A DNA stretch of 64,000 bases from Clostridia bacterium. Its GTDB lineage: Bacteria > Bacillota > Clostridia > Christensenellales > QALW01. The position numbers were made by a program, and so were the translations under genes. The notes under the pieces are model-generated. The model searched no databases. It saw nothing but the letters and a program-made list of their open reading frames with translations, and was not told where the DNA came from. The number at the start of each line of letters is the position of its first letter. The first letter of the stretch is position 1. Location of the stretch: positions 14,164-78,163 of the forward strand of contig JAZNXV010000032.1 of the NCBI GenBank assembly GCA_045594045.1, in the 5' to 3' direction. This document shows, one piece after another, positions 55,126 through 64,000 of the stretch.

Positions 55126-58100
55126 ATGAAAAACTCTTTGCTCAAGAAGATGCTTGCAACTATCATTGCAGTTATATTAGTTGTTGGCATCTCGGCAGGA
55201 ACAAGCATTTTAGTTGATAAAAAAAGCGTTCCTGCATCAACAACAATCGAAAACGGCCTATCTGCTTACGATCTTGCTGTTCAAAACGGTTACAAAGGTG
55301 ATCTTGAACAATGGCTGATGTCGCTTGTTGGTGAAACAGGCACTGCGGGCTCTAATGGCAAGTCAGCGTATGAGCTTGCTTGCGAAAACGGATATAAGGG
55401 TACTATGACCGAATGGTTGGGTTCTCTTATCGGTACGCCCGGTGAAAATGGCAAGGTTGGTAAAGATGGCAAATCTGCTTATGAACTTGCTGTTGAAAAT
55501 GGATATAAAGGCACACTTAATGAGTGGCTTACATCTATACTTGATAAAACTGGTGCTGATGGAGCAAACGGTGCTGACGGTAAGTCGGCATATCAGTTAG
55601 CAGTTGAAAACGGATTTACCGGAACTATGTCTGAGTGGCTCGATTCTCTCGTTGGACGTAATGGTTTATCTGCATATCAAGTTGCTAAAAACAATGGTTT
55701 TACTGGTAGCGAAAGCGAATGGTTGTCAACTCTTGTTGGTGTTGCAGGTACAAATGGCGTTGACGGTAAATCCGCATATCAAATTGCCAAGGAGAACGGT
55801 TTTACCGGTACCGAAAACGAATGGTTACAGTCTCTTGTTGGACTTAAGGGTGACAAAGGTGACAAGGGCGATAAAGGTGATACCGGTGCAGCTGGCGCTA
55901 ATGGATTAAATGGTAAGTCTGCATTCGAAATTGCAGTTGCCAATGGCTATACCGGAACTGAAGCCGAATGGTTACAAACACTTGTGGGTGTCAAAGGTGA
56001 CAAAGGCGATAACGGTGCAACAGGTTCCGATGGTAAATCCGCTTATGAGCTTGCGGTATCAAATGGATATACCGGAACTGAAGCCGAGTGGCTGCAAACT
56101 CTTGTAGGCGCGAAAGGCACTGACGGTAAGTCTGCATATGACGTTGCAGTTGACAACGGCTTTATCGGCAACGAAAGCACATGGCTTGCATCTTTAGTCG
56201 GAGAAAAAGGCGATACAGGTGCACAAGGCAAATCAGCATACCAAGTAGCAGTTGCAAATGGCTATATTGGAACCGAACAGGCATGGGTTGCTTCTCTTGT
56301 CGGTGAATCTGCCTACGAAATTGCCGTAAGAAATGGTTATAAAGGAACTGAAGCTGAGTGGTTGGCATCCCTTGTTGGTGAGCCGGGTCAAAAGGGAGAC
56401 AAAGGTGACACCGGAGCAACGGGTGCTAACGGTAAATCCGCTTATGAGCTTGCTGTTTTGGCAGGCTTCGAAGGTGATGAGCAAGAATGGTTTGCTTCAC
56501 TTGTTGGCGCAACCGGCTCTAAGGGTGATAAGGGCGATAAAGGCGACCAAGGAAATAAAGGTGACACCGGTGCAACAGGTGCAGCGGGTAAATCGGCTTA
56601 TGAATTAGCAAAAGAAAACGGTTATACCGGAAGTCTTACGGAATGGCTAGAATCTCTAAAGGGTGAAGCAGCTGCCAAGGGAGACAAAGGTGACAAAGGC
56701 GATACCGGTGCTGACGGAAAGTCTGCATATGATTTAGCAAAAGAAAATGGTTATGAAGGAACCTTGGAAGATTGGCTTGACAGTTTGATAGGAACCAAAG
56801 GAGATAAAGGTGACGCAGGTACAGATGGTAAGTCTGCTTATGACCTTTATTGTCAGAATAATTCTGGCGAAGATATGAGTGAAGCCGAGTGGCTTGCTTC
56901 CTTAAAAGGAATTGCTGGTCAAAACGGAAAAAATGGCAAATCCGCTTATGAGTTATACTGTGAAAATAATTCAGGGGAAGATTTAGACCTTGCTGATTGG
57001 CTTGCTTCTTTACATGGTGACAAAGGTGATGCTGGTGCCGATGGTAAATCCGCTTATGACCTTTATTGCGAAACAAATGAAGGTGTTGAACTTTCTCTTG
57101 AAGAATGGTTAGCCTCATTAGTTGGTGCTGATGGTACGAATGGTAAATCTGCTTATGAATTAGCATATGAAGCTGATAACACAATAGGAACGCAGCAGGA
57201 ATGGCTTTTATCATTAAAAGGAAAAGATGGTAAATCTGCTTACGAAATCTATTGTGAACATCATGAGGGTGAGGATTTATCTGTAGTAGACTGGCTTGCA
57301 TCGCTTAAAGGTGAACAAGGACCTAAGGGTGATAAAGGTGACCCAGGTGTTAATGGAAAAACTCCATATATCAAAGATGGAAATTGGTGGATAGATAATA
57401 CAGATACAGGAATAAAAGCAGAAGCTTCTGACGGTTCAAACGGCAATGATGGTGTAAGCGTTGTTGATAGTTATGTAGATGATAACTTGCATTTATGGAT
57501 TGTGTTATCGAATGGTTCAAAAATTGATGCTGGTTATGTCGGTGTAACGACAGCCAATCCTTCTATCCCAACTAAGTTTACGGTGGTTTTCAAGGACTAT
57601 AACGGCACTATTTTGAAAACTGAAGACGTTGAATCTGGCAAATCTGCTACCGCCCCTACCAATCCTTCCAGAGACGGATACGTATTTGCGGGATGGGATA
57701 AAGATTTTAGTAACATTACCGCTGGTATGGTTGTTAATGCTACATACACTCAAATTACCGAGCCGACCATAAAAATAGCGAATATTACTACATCTGCCGG
57801 TTCTTCGGATGTGGCTGTAACTTTGAACATTATGAACAATCCCGGCATTGTTGGAATGACCTTGAAATTGGGATATGACGATAGCATCTTGACGCTTACA
57901 AGCATTGAGAAAGGCGATGCATTAAGCGAAATGACATTTACAAAGCCGAGAACTTTGAAGAATGGTTGTACACTTCAATGGGATGCTGAAGTAGTGATGC
58001 CTGAGGATGCTACCAACGGCGTTATGCTTACTTTGTATTTTGATGTTTCGGATAGTGCTACAGTGGGTACCCAAAACATTACATTAAGTTATGATAATGG

Positions 58101-58170
58101 TGCCATTATCGACAATGATTTAGCATCGGTGAATATGTCAATTATCAACGGCATTGCTACAATTAATTAA
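55126..58170 (+). CDS. membrane-anchored surface protein: 19 SAYELA-type modules interleaved with collagen-like GXY runs, one Listeria-Bacteroides (Flg_new) repeat, C-terminal cohesin-like domain
   Basis: ATG 55126 follows GGAGG. There is an N-terminal signal anchor (MKNSLLKKMLATIIAVILVVGISAG) and GDKGDKGDKGDTGAAG-type triplets. FTVVFKDYNGT...GYVFAGWD marks the Flg_new repeat. The cohesin-like tail is NNPGIVGMTLKLGYDDSILTLTSIEKGDAL... Confidence 0.85.
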   Translation: MKNSLLKKMLATIIAVILVVGISAGTSILVDKKSVPASTTIENGLSAYDLAVQNGYKGDLEQWLMSLVGETGTAGSNGKSAYELACENGYKGTMTEWLGSLIGTPGENGKVGKDGKSAYELAVENGYKGTLNEWLTSILDKTGADGANGADGKSAYQLAVENGFTGTMSEWLDSLVGRNGLSAYQVAKNNGFTGSESEWLSTLVGVAGTNGVDGKSAYQIAKENGFTGTENEWLQSLVGLKGDKGDKGDKGDTGAAGANGLNGKSAFEIAVANGYTGTEAEWLQTLVGVKGDKGDNGATGSDGKSAYELAVSNGYTGTEAEWLQTLVGAKGTDGKSAYDVAVDNGFIGNESTWLASLVGEKGDTGAQGKSAYQVAVANGYIGTEQAWVASLVGESAYEIAVRNGYKGTEAEWLASLVGEPGQKGDKGDTGATGANGKSAYELAVLAGFEGDEQEWFASLVGATGSKGDKGDKGDQGNKGDTGATGAAGKSAYELAKENGYTGSLTEWLESLKGEAAAKGDKGDKGDTGADGKSAYDLAKENGYEGTLEDWLDSLIGTKGDKGDAGTDGKSAYDLYCQNNSGEDMSEAEWLASLKGIAGQNGKNGKSAYELYCENNSGEDLDLADWLASLHGDKGDAGADGKSAYDLYCETNEGVELSLEEWLASLVGADGTNGKSAYELAYEADNTIGTQQEWLLSLKGKDGKSAYEIYCEHHEGEDLSVVDWLASLKGEQGPKGDKGDPGVNGKTPYIKDGNWWIDNTDTGIKAEASDGSNGNDGVSVVDSYVDDNLHLWIVLSNGSKIDAGYVGVTTANPSIPTKFTVVFKDYNGTILKTEDVESGKSATAPTNPSRDGYVFAGWDKDFSNITAGMVVNATYTQITEPTIKIANITTSAGSSDVAVTLNIMNNPGIVGMTLKLGYDDSILTLTSIEKGDALSEMTFTKPRTLKNGCTLQWDAEVVMPEDATNGVMLTLYFDVSDSATVGTQNITLSYDNGAIIDNDLASVNMSIINGIATIN
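55255..57360 (+). repeat. intragenic repeat array: ~19 copies of a ~25-aa module (K)SAYE[LI]A[VK]xNG[YF]xGTxxEWLxSLxG separated by variable-length Gly-X-Y stretches
   Basis: Modules were counted directly in the translated ORF. Spacer length varies from 0 to ~9 triplets. The last four or five modules are a diverged subtype (SAYDLYCxNNSGEDxxxxEWLASL). Confidence 0.85.
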
Positions 58171-58186
58171 TGAGAGGAGAACGCAA

Positions 58187-61100
58187 ATGAAGTGTAGACG
58201 ATTATTATCCGCACTTTTGGTAGCTGTAATGATATTAAGCAGTATACCATTGAGTGCTATCAGTGTAATAGCTGCTACCGGTTCTGAAACAAAGATTTCA
58301 GTTAACGATACCTTTGCAGCAAGCGGGACAGAGGTCAGCGTTGATGTCATTATCGAAAATAATCCTGGGATTCTAGGTATGACTCTGAAATTAGAGTACG
58401 ATGATGAATATGCAACACTTATGTCCGTTGTTAACGGAGAGGCTTTAAGCGCTATGACTTTTACCGCACCTAAAAGCCTTCAAAGCGGCTGTAATCTCCA
58501 ATGGGATGCTGAGTTTGTAGATGACGAAGATATTATCGATGGAGTAGTAGCCACCTTAACCTTCGAAATTTCCGAAGAAGCTCCTTCAAACAAAGAGATT
58601 GCTATCAGTCTTTCCTATGATAACGGTGCAATTATTGATAATGATTTAAATCCAATCAGCGTTTCGTTATCGAGCGGTACTATCAAAATCTTAGATTATA
58701 CCCCCGGTGATCTTAATGGCGATGGCACAATCAACTCTACAGACGTAGTTTACCTAAGACGATACATAGCTGGTTATGATATTACCATTAAAGAAGCGGC
58801 CGGTGACGTAAATGATGACGGCTTGTTGAACAGTACTGATGTTGTTTTCATAAGAAGATTTATTGCCGGTTACGACATTCAATTGAAGCCTTCTACCCCC
58901 AAGTGTCAGCATGTGATGACGGCGACAGAAGCAAAGGCAGCTTCTTGCACGGAGGATGGCAATATTGCTTATTGGTATTGTGAAGATTGTAACAATTATT
59001 TTAGTGATGCTAATGGACATACTAAAATTGAAATTGAAGAAACCGTAATAGAGGCTACCGGACATACACCTGTTGTGGACCTTCCTAAAGCTCCCACAAA
59101 AACCGAAACAGGCTTGACGGAGGGGTCACATTGCTCGGCATGTAAGGAAGTCATTGTGCCTCAACAAATATTACCTGTTTTAACAAGTTACGCAGTTACT
59201 TATAACATAGCTACAGGAAACAGCGCTAGCTATATTGCTGCGCAAGGTTTAGATTTAACAATTGATGACGATAAACGCTCATATATAAGTCAAGAAGGCC
59301 TTATAGAACTTCCGGTTCTTTCTATTGATGGCTATCAGTTCTTAGGCTGGTACACTGAAGCACCTGAGAATAATAATGCAGTTCAAGTTACTTCAATTCC
59401 TGTAGGTTCAACAGGTAATTATACGTTATATGCGCATTGGCACGAATATACGTATGATATTACATATAAGTTGTATCAGACACCTTTAGGCGAAATAACA
59501 AATGAAGAATATCTTCATTATACTGTTAGCAAAGGTAAGGTTGATTTACCCAATCCTGAGTTACACAACTACGTGTTTATTGGTTGGTATACAGACGATG
59601 GTGTAGAAATGACAAAGATACCTGTTGGAACAACCGGAGATTTAACGTTAAATGCGTATTGGACCAGCAAGAGAAACCTCACTAAAGTAGTTAAAAAATT
59701 AGAAGACCCCATTATTATAGAGAATAGTGACGATGGAGTTATATACTTTACTTATGAACTTGGTACAATTGAAAATGTTCCATTATCAGATGCAATTTGG
59801 ACGATACAAAGTGTATCGGGCTTAGCACAACAAGTTTCCAAAACAGTGTCAACGCAAATTAGTGAGGAGCAAGCAAAGAATATTGCGGAAACTATTTCTA
59901 ATTCAACGGTTGATTCTGGTAGTTGGACTTTATCAAAAGACTGGAACGATGTAACGGAAGTTAATGAAGAATGGGCAGAACAGAATGGATTAACCCAGGA
60001 AGAAGCAAACACACAAACAAAAAGCAGTTCAGGAACATATAGCGTTACGGATTCCACGGGCGGAACGAAAACCAAGACAACAACAGATGGAACAACAACA
60101 GTTGATTATAATAGTCAGAATTATACGCACGGAAACAGTGCTGAATTTAATGCGAAAGTTAGTGGTTCGTATTCAAACAAAGGAAATCTTTCAAGTGCGA
60201 TTGCAGGAACATATGAGGTGTCGGCCGAAATTAGTGGAGGTTACGAACAACATCAAGAAACAAACGAACATACTGGCACTGATACAACTACAGTGGATAC
60301 AACAGTTAAGTCCGGTACAGCAACATTTAACAAAGCATCCACATCTACAAACACTCAGTCTGCCAGTGAAAGTGTTACTGTAAAAAATGCAATTTCACAG
60401 ATTATAAGCAATACAAAGGGATATGGTAAGTCATACTCTTCTGGCGGAGCCAATAGCGAATCGCAAGGGTTTAGTTCAACAGATAGTAAGAGCGTAAATA
60501 CATCTTCCACACTTACATATTTTACATCCAAGACTGAAACAACTACAACAACTTATTCCACTGATGGTAAAAATGAAGGTTGTTACCGATTAGTTGTAGC
60601 AGGCACCATCCATGTGTTTGGCGTTGTAGGATATGATGTTGCAACAAAATCTTATTTTGCGTATACTTTTAACGTATTAGATGATAAAACCTATGAATTC
60701 CTTGATTATTCGCCTACTTTAAGTTTTGATGACTATGAAAATGGTGCAATACCTTTCGAAATCCCGTATTTTGTACATGAGTACGTTATAGATAAGACTG
60801 TTATGACAGATGGTCTTATATTTAAAACAAACACAACTAATGGTACAGCAACTGTTGTTGCATATGATGGTGCTGATAGTGATATTACTATTCCTTCGTA
60901 TTTTACCTCTGGTAACGTTGCATACAAAGTTAATGCTTTATCAGCTAGTGCATTTGCAGGTAAAAATGTACGTTCGGTAGTTTTGAGTGATTATATAACA
61001 GAATTACCAGACGGTGCATTTAAAAATTGTGCGCAATTGGAAGAAATTTCAGGATACTTCACAAAAATTGGTGCAGAAGCATTTAGTGGATGTGCTAAAC

Positions 61101-62647
61101 TCAACAAGTATAACATAACCTCAAGCATAGTGAAAATCGGCGAAAATGCGTTTGCTGGCGTTGAAGAAATTTATGTTAATGCTATAGATAAAGAAAGCGC
61201 ATTGGCAGAAGCTAATAAGAAATATCCCAATCTTGATGATGGCGAATTACTTATTTGCGCAAAGTCAATAACACAAGACGTAATTGATTCTGCTATAAAC
61301 TCAGGAGCAGATAATATAATGTTAAACATTTCAAATGTTATCGACAATATAGGTTTAACTCTTAATGTACCTGCAATCACGTCGTTTGAACTGCAAGGTG
61401 GCTTAAAAGAATATAAAGACTTAAAACTTAATTCAGATGCAGAGACAACCACAATAAAGGATATTACTATCCATAATAGCAAACAAATTCCTTTGGAAAT
61501 ATCCTCAAAAGTATTAAAATTAGATGCTGCAACAATAGAAGGAAATGGCTTTGTTCTTTTGCTTAATGCGGACACACCTACTGTTTCGTTAACAAGAGAT
61601 AGCAGATTGATTTCTGTGGAAAAAGAAGCGGTTGTATGGAAAAATCCTTCAATTTCATCAAGTGTTGTAGATAATGCTGTTGGTACTTTGGATATAACAG
61701 GAAACATTTATGTTTGTGGTGATATCGAAGGTAAAGATTACATAAATGTTGAAAGTGGTGCAATTATCAGCATATCCGAAAGCGAATTTGAAAATTATAT
61801 CAAAGGCATTTATACTGTTACGTTTAATGCTAATGGCGGTCAAGTAAGTATGATAGATAAGACAGTATTTTATGGCTCCCAATTCGGAGAACTTCCAATA
61901 CCTACTCTTGACTACCATACTTTTGATGGCTGGTTTACAGAGAATGGTACCGAAGTAACGGCTGATACAATTATGACGGAGGCAAAAGATATTGTTCTTA
62001 ATGCACATTGGACGCAAAACGATGCGTCTGGCTGGGTTTTAGAATCTGAGGTTCCAAGTGATGCTGAAATAGTTAATGAAAAATGGACGTATGATTTAAC
62101 CACTAAAATAACTTCTAGCAGTAATAATGTTTCTGGTTACAATCTATATGATGCAACGTGGGTATGGAGCAACTATGGCCACTGGACAAATTGGTCCTCA
62201 AGCGCAGTAGAATCAAGTGATTCCAGAGAAGTGGAAACAAAGAAAGTTGTAGACCGCGCTTCTTATACACAGTGGAACATATATTATTATCGTTATTGGA
62301 ATACAACGTATGGAGCATACTATTATACGTTTTCATCTGCTTATGGCGGAACCTTGTATCAAAGGTCTCTTCCCGAATCTAGCTTAGCATTTAGCAAATA
62401 TGCTTCCGGACGAGATGCTTACATTATTATTAATGAGGCCGACAGGAATTTCCGTGGAGAACTTTGGTTTGTAAGTTCAACTGAAACAATTCCTGAGATT
62501 GCACATACTGAATATAGATACAGAGAAAGAACGAAAATATATACATATTATCACAGCAAGACAGAGGCGAAAGAATCGTTCTCGCAAGTTACACCTAGTG
62601 ATTCTATTAGCAACGTTCAACATTGGGTTCAGTACCGCGCAAAATAA
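58187..62647 (+). CDS. large secreted multidomain protein: signal peptide, cohesin-like domain, type-I dockerin, Flg_new repeats, Thr/Ser-rich region, BspA-type leucine-rich repeats, C-terminal Trp/Tyr-rich domain
   Basis: ATG 58187 follows GAGAGGAGA. The cohesin is paralogous to the upstream protein's tail (NNPGILGMTLKLEYDDEYATLMSVVNGEAL). The dockerin has duplicated Ca-binding loops DLNGDGTINSTDVVYLRRYIAG and DVNDDGLLNSTDVVFIRRFIAG (nt ~58706-58876). The LRR segment is ITIPSYF...AFAGKNVRSVVLSDYITELPDGAFKNC. Confidence 0.85.
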   Translation: MKCRRLLSALLVAVMILSSIPLSAISVIAATGSETKISVNDTFAASGTEVSVDVIIENNPGILGMTLKLEYDDEYATLMSVVNGEALSAMTFTAPKSLQSGCNLQWDAEFVDDEDIIDGVVATLTFEISEEAPSNKEIAISLSYDNGAIIDNDLNPISVSLSSGTIKILDYTPGDLNGDGTINSTDVVYLRRYIAGYDITIKEAAGDVNDDGLLNSTDVVFIRRFIAGYDIQLKPSTPKCQHVMTATEAKAASCTEDGNIAYWYCEDCNNYFSDANGHTKIEIEETVIEATGHTPVVDLPKAPTKTETGLTEGSHCSACKEVIVPQQILPVLTSYAVTYNIATGNSASYIAAQGLDLTIDDDKRSYISQEGLIELPVLSIDGYQFLGWYTEAPENNNAVQVTSIPVGSTGNYTLYAHWHEYTYDITYKLYQTPLGEITNEEYLHYTVSKGKVDLPNPELHNYVFIGWYTDDGVEMTKIPVGTTGDLTLNAYWTSKRNLTKVVKKLEDPIIIENSDDGVIYFTYELGTIENVPLSDAIWTIQSVSGLAQQVSKTVSTQISEEQAKNIAETISNSTVDSGSWTLSKDWNDVTEVNEEWAEQNGLTQEEANTQTKSSSGTYSVTDSTGGTKTKTTTDGTTTVDYNSQNYTHGNSAEFNAKVSGSYSNKGNLSSAIAGTYEVSAEISGGYEQHQETNEHTGTDTTTVDTTVKSGTATFNKASTSTNTQSASESVTVKNAISQIISNTKGYGKSYSSGGANSESQGFSSTDSKSVNTSSTLTYFTSKTETTTTTYSTDGKNEGCYRLVVAGTIHVFGVVGYDVATKSYFAYTFNVLDDKTYEFLDYSPTLSFDDYENGAIPFEIPYFVHEYVIDKTVMTDGLIFKTNTTNGTATVVAYDGADSDITIPSYFTSGNVAYKVNALSASAFAGKNVRSVVLSDYITELPDGAFKNCAQLEEISGYFTKIGAEAFSGCAKLNKYNITSSIVKIGENAFAGVEEIYVNAIDKESALAEANKKYPNLDDGELLICAKSITQDVIDSAINSGADNIMLNISNVIDNIGLTLNVPAITSFELQGGLKEYKDLKLNSDAETTTIKDITIHNSKQIPLEISSKVLKLDAATIEGNGFVLLLNADTPTVSLTRDSRLISVEKEAVVWKNPSISSSVVDNAVGTLDITGNIYVCGDIEGKDYINVESGAIISISESEFENYIKGIYTVTFNANGGQVSMIDKTVFYGSQFGELPIPTLDYHTFDGWFTENGTEVTADTIMTEAKDIVLNAHWTQNDASGWVLESEVPSDAEIVNEKWTYDLTTKITSSSNNVSGYNLYDATWVWSNYGHWTNWSSSAVESSDSREVETKKVVDRASYTQWNIYYYRYWNTTYGAYYYTFSSAYGGTLYQRSLPESSLAFSKYASGRDAYIIINEADRNFRGELWFVSSTETIPEIAHTEYRYRERTKIYTYYHSKTEAKESFSQVTPSDSISNVQHWVQYRAK

Positions 62648-62656
62648 TGTTCTAAC

Positions 62657-62690
62657 ACCAAGCCCGCTGCGTTTATGCAGCGGGCTTGGT
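62657..62690 (+). terminator. strong hairpin after the large surface-protein gene (no clear U-tract)
   Basis: 14-bp perfect stem ACCAAGCCCGCTGC / GCAGCGGGCTTGGT with a 6-nt loop. Confidence 0.5.
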
Positions 62691-62733
62691 TAATGAAACT
62701 ATTGCAAATGATAGACTAAAGGAGAGGGAAATC

Positions 62734-64000
62734 GTGACTGAAAAACACACAGCTAATAAAAAAGATAATAATATTTTGAAAAATCGTAATAAGACATTTT
62801 TGTGGTGGATATGCACGCCAATAATTGTAATTTCAATAGTAGAAATTATTTTCACAGGGGCTCTGCTTTGGTTTTTATATACTGATAAAATTTCTGCAAA
62901 CACATTCGATTCATCTATGGAAAGTTCGCTTTTGACCAGCGGTATTGCGATTATAGGAGCGGCTATCGCTGTTTGGGCCGGCTTAAATATAGCAAATGCG
63001 ATTGAACGGAACGAATATGAAAAACTGAAAGAAAAAACGGACACGTTAGCCGAAGCGCTTGAGGAGAAAAGCCAGGATGTAGCTCAATTAGTCAATGTAA
63101 TAGATCAAGGAACCACACAGTTTCGTGAATTAGAGAAAAAGGATGCCCAAAGAAGTGCGAAATACGAGGAACTTGAGAAAATAGCATTGCTTAATGAGCT
63201 CTCAATGACGAGTAATGATGCAGCGACAAGACAGTTAATGAAGATTGTTAATACTTATAAATTGGGAACTGGTTTTCCAATTGCTGAGTTAGTAATGTTG
63301 GAAAGATATTTTCGCTTGGTTTACAAAAAACATAGTAGCAAATTTCATAAAGATATTGAATTACTTACATATGTCGATGAAGGAATACGAATTGCCAATA
63401 GTCTTCTTGCACTTACAACAAATGAAGAACTGAGAGCTTATATTCTCTTTAGAAAAGCAGAATTATTATTTTATAGTGGTTATTGTCTGAGCGGTAACGA
63501 AAAAAGAATAGCATTTGAAGAAGCAATTCAGTTATATTTTGAATCAGCTAATAAATTGAATGCGAATTTGCCTGATTTTAAAGAACTGGTCGAATTCAAA
63601 AAAATCACTTATGAAGGATGCAGTTTAAATCAGGTAGAAATATCCGCATACATGTGTAACACAATAGGTGAAGCATATAGCAAAATTATCGAGAGCCTCG
63701 CAAAAGATGATGTTTTGTTCGATGAATATGGTCATAAAGCAATTTTCTATTGTGCTTATGCTGCATATTGGAACAACAAAGAACTTTATTTGCGAAATTT
63801 AGGGTGTGCTATCGAAAGGCACCGCGGAGTAACGGATAAAACATATGATGAACTATTCGAAATATATCAAAATACAATTTCGATTAATGCTACTTCAAAA
63901 ACATTTAAGGTTCTATTATCTGTGGCCGATAAATTTATAAATTATTATATAGGAATAAAAGAAGTAGATATCAAGAAGGGGCGTGAAACGCCACTCAATA
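62734..64000 (+). CDS. partial CDS (runs off right edge): 2-TM N-terminus, coiled coil, alpha-helical repeat (TPR-like) region; function unknown
   Basis: Own translation from GTG 62734 behind AAGGAGAGGG: (M)TEKHTANKKDNNILKNRNKTFLWWICTPIIVISIVEIIFTGALLWFLY... The frame is open for 422 codons to the window end. It is absent from the ORF track because there is no stop codon. Confidence 0.65.
   Translation, partial: MTEKHTANKKDNNILKNRNKTFLWWICTPIIVISIVEIIFTGALLWFLYTDKISANTFDSSMESSLLTSGIAIIGAAIAVWAGLNIANAIERNEYEKLKEKTDTLAEALEEKSQDVAQLVNVIDQGTTQFRELEKKDAQRSAKYEELEKIALLNELSMTSNDAATRQLMKIVNTYKLGTGFPIAELVMLERYFRLVYKKHSSKFHKDIELLTYVDEGIRIANSLLALTTNEELRAYILFRKAELLFYSGYCLSGNEKRIAFEEAIQLYFESANKLNANLPDFKELVEFKKITYEGCSLNQVEISAYMCNTIGEAYSKIIESLAKDDVLFDEYGHKAIFYCAYAAYWNNKELYLRNLGCAIERHRGVTDKTYDELFEIYQNTISINATSKTFKVLLSVADKFINYYIGIKEVDIKKGRETPLN

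Noticed and set aside
55126-62647. A diversity-generating retroelement or shufflon acting on the repetitive surface genes
   Set aside because: There is no reverse transcriptase, no template/variable repeat pair with A-specific differences, and no additional copies of the 20-bp recombination core inside the coding regions that I could find by eye.

Overview
This is a 64-kb chromosomal segment from a moderate-GC Firmicute. It looks Clostridia-like (Rnf complex, pyruvate formate-lyase, cohesin/dockerin proteins); that taxonomic call is inference only. I found no rRNA, tRNA or CRISPR array. Positions 1-48.3 kb are ordinary core genome: sugar transferase, comEB-murG-ylmH, a dnaX-ybaB-recR operon, a BMP lipoprotein, an LCP protein, DUF1385-prmC-prfA, a P-type ATPase with mgtC behind a long structured leader, uvrBA, pflBA behind a ZTP (pfl-motif) riboswitch, a ydjGHI-like SPFH/TPM/zinc-ribbon cluster, apbE-NusG_II-Gx-rnfCDGEAB, and ychF. 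Small accessory islets sit in this core: an orphan holin/amidase cassette and a SLOG plus ribbon-helix-helix (RHH) pair. From about 48.35 kb to the window end lies an integrated element. It opens with Tn916-type int/xis, then a 1.1-kb non-coding hub with 7-8 iteron-like repeats and an AT-rich tract. An 18-mer promoter/operator box is reused at three transcription units. Next come tandem double-RHH-like paralogues, Replic_Relax-like and RemA-like genes, a DUF4160/DUF2442 pair and a small serine recombinase. The most interesting signal follows the recombinase. Two 20-bp palindromic sites, exact inverted copies with an asymmetric GT/AC core, flank a 146-bp cassette carrying a near-consensus promoter. 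The cassette lies just upstream of a two-gene surface module. The first gene encodes a membrane-anchored protein with 19 helical modules interleaved with collagen triplets and a cohesin at its tip. The second encodes a 1,486-aa cohesin+dockerin+LRR protein. I read this as a mobile-element-borne, invertase-switched, self-docking surface fibre. This reading is a hypothesis and needs experimental or read-level confirmation.
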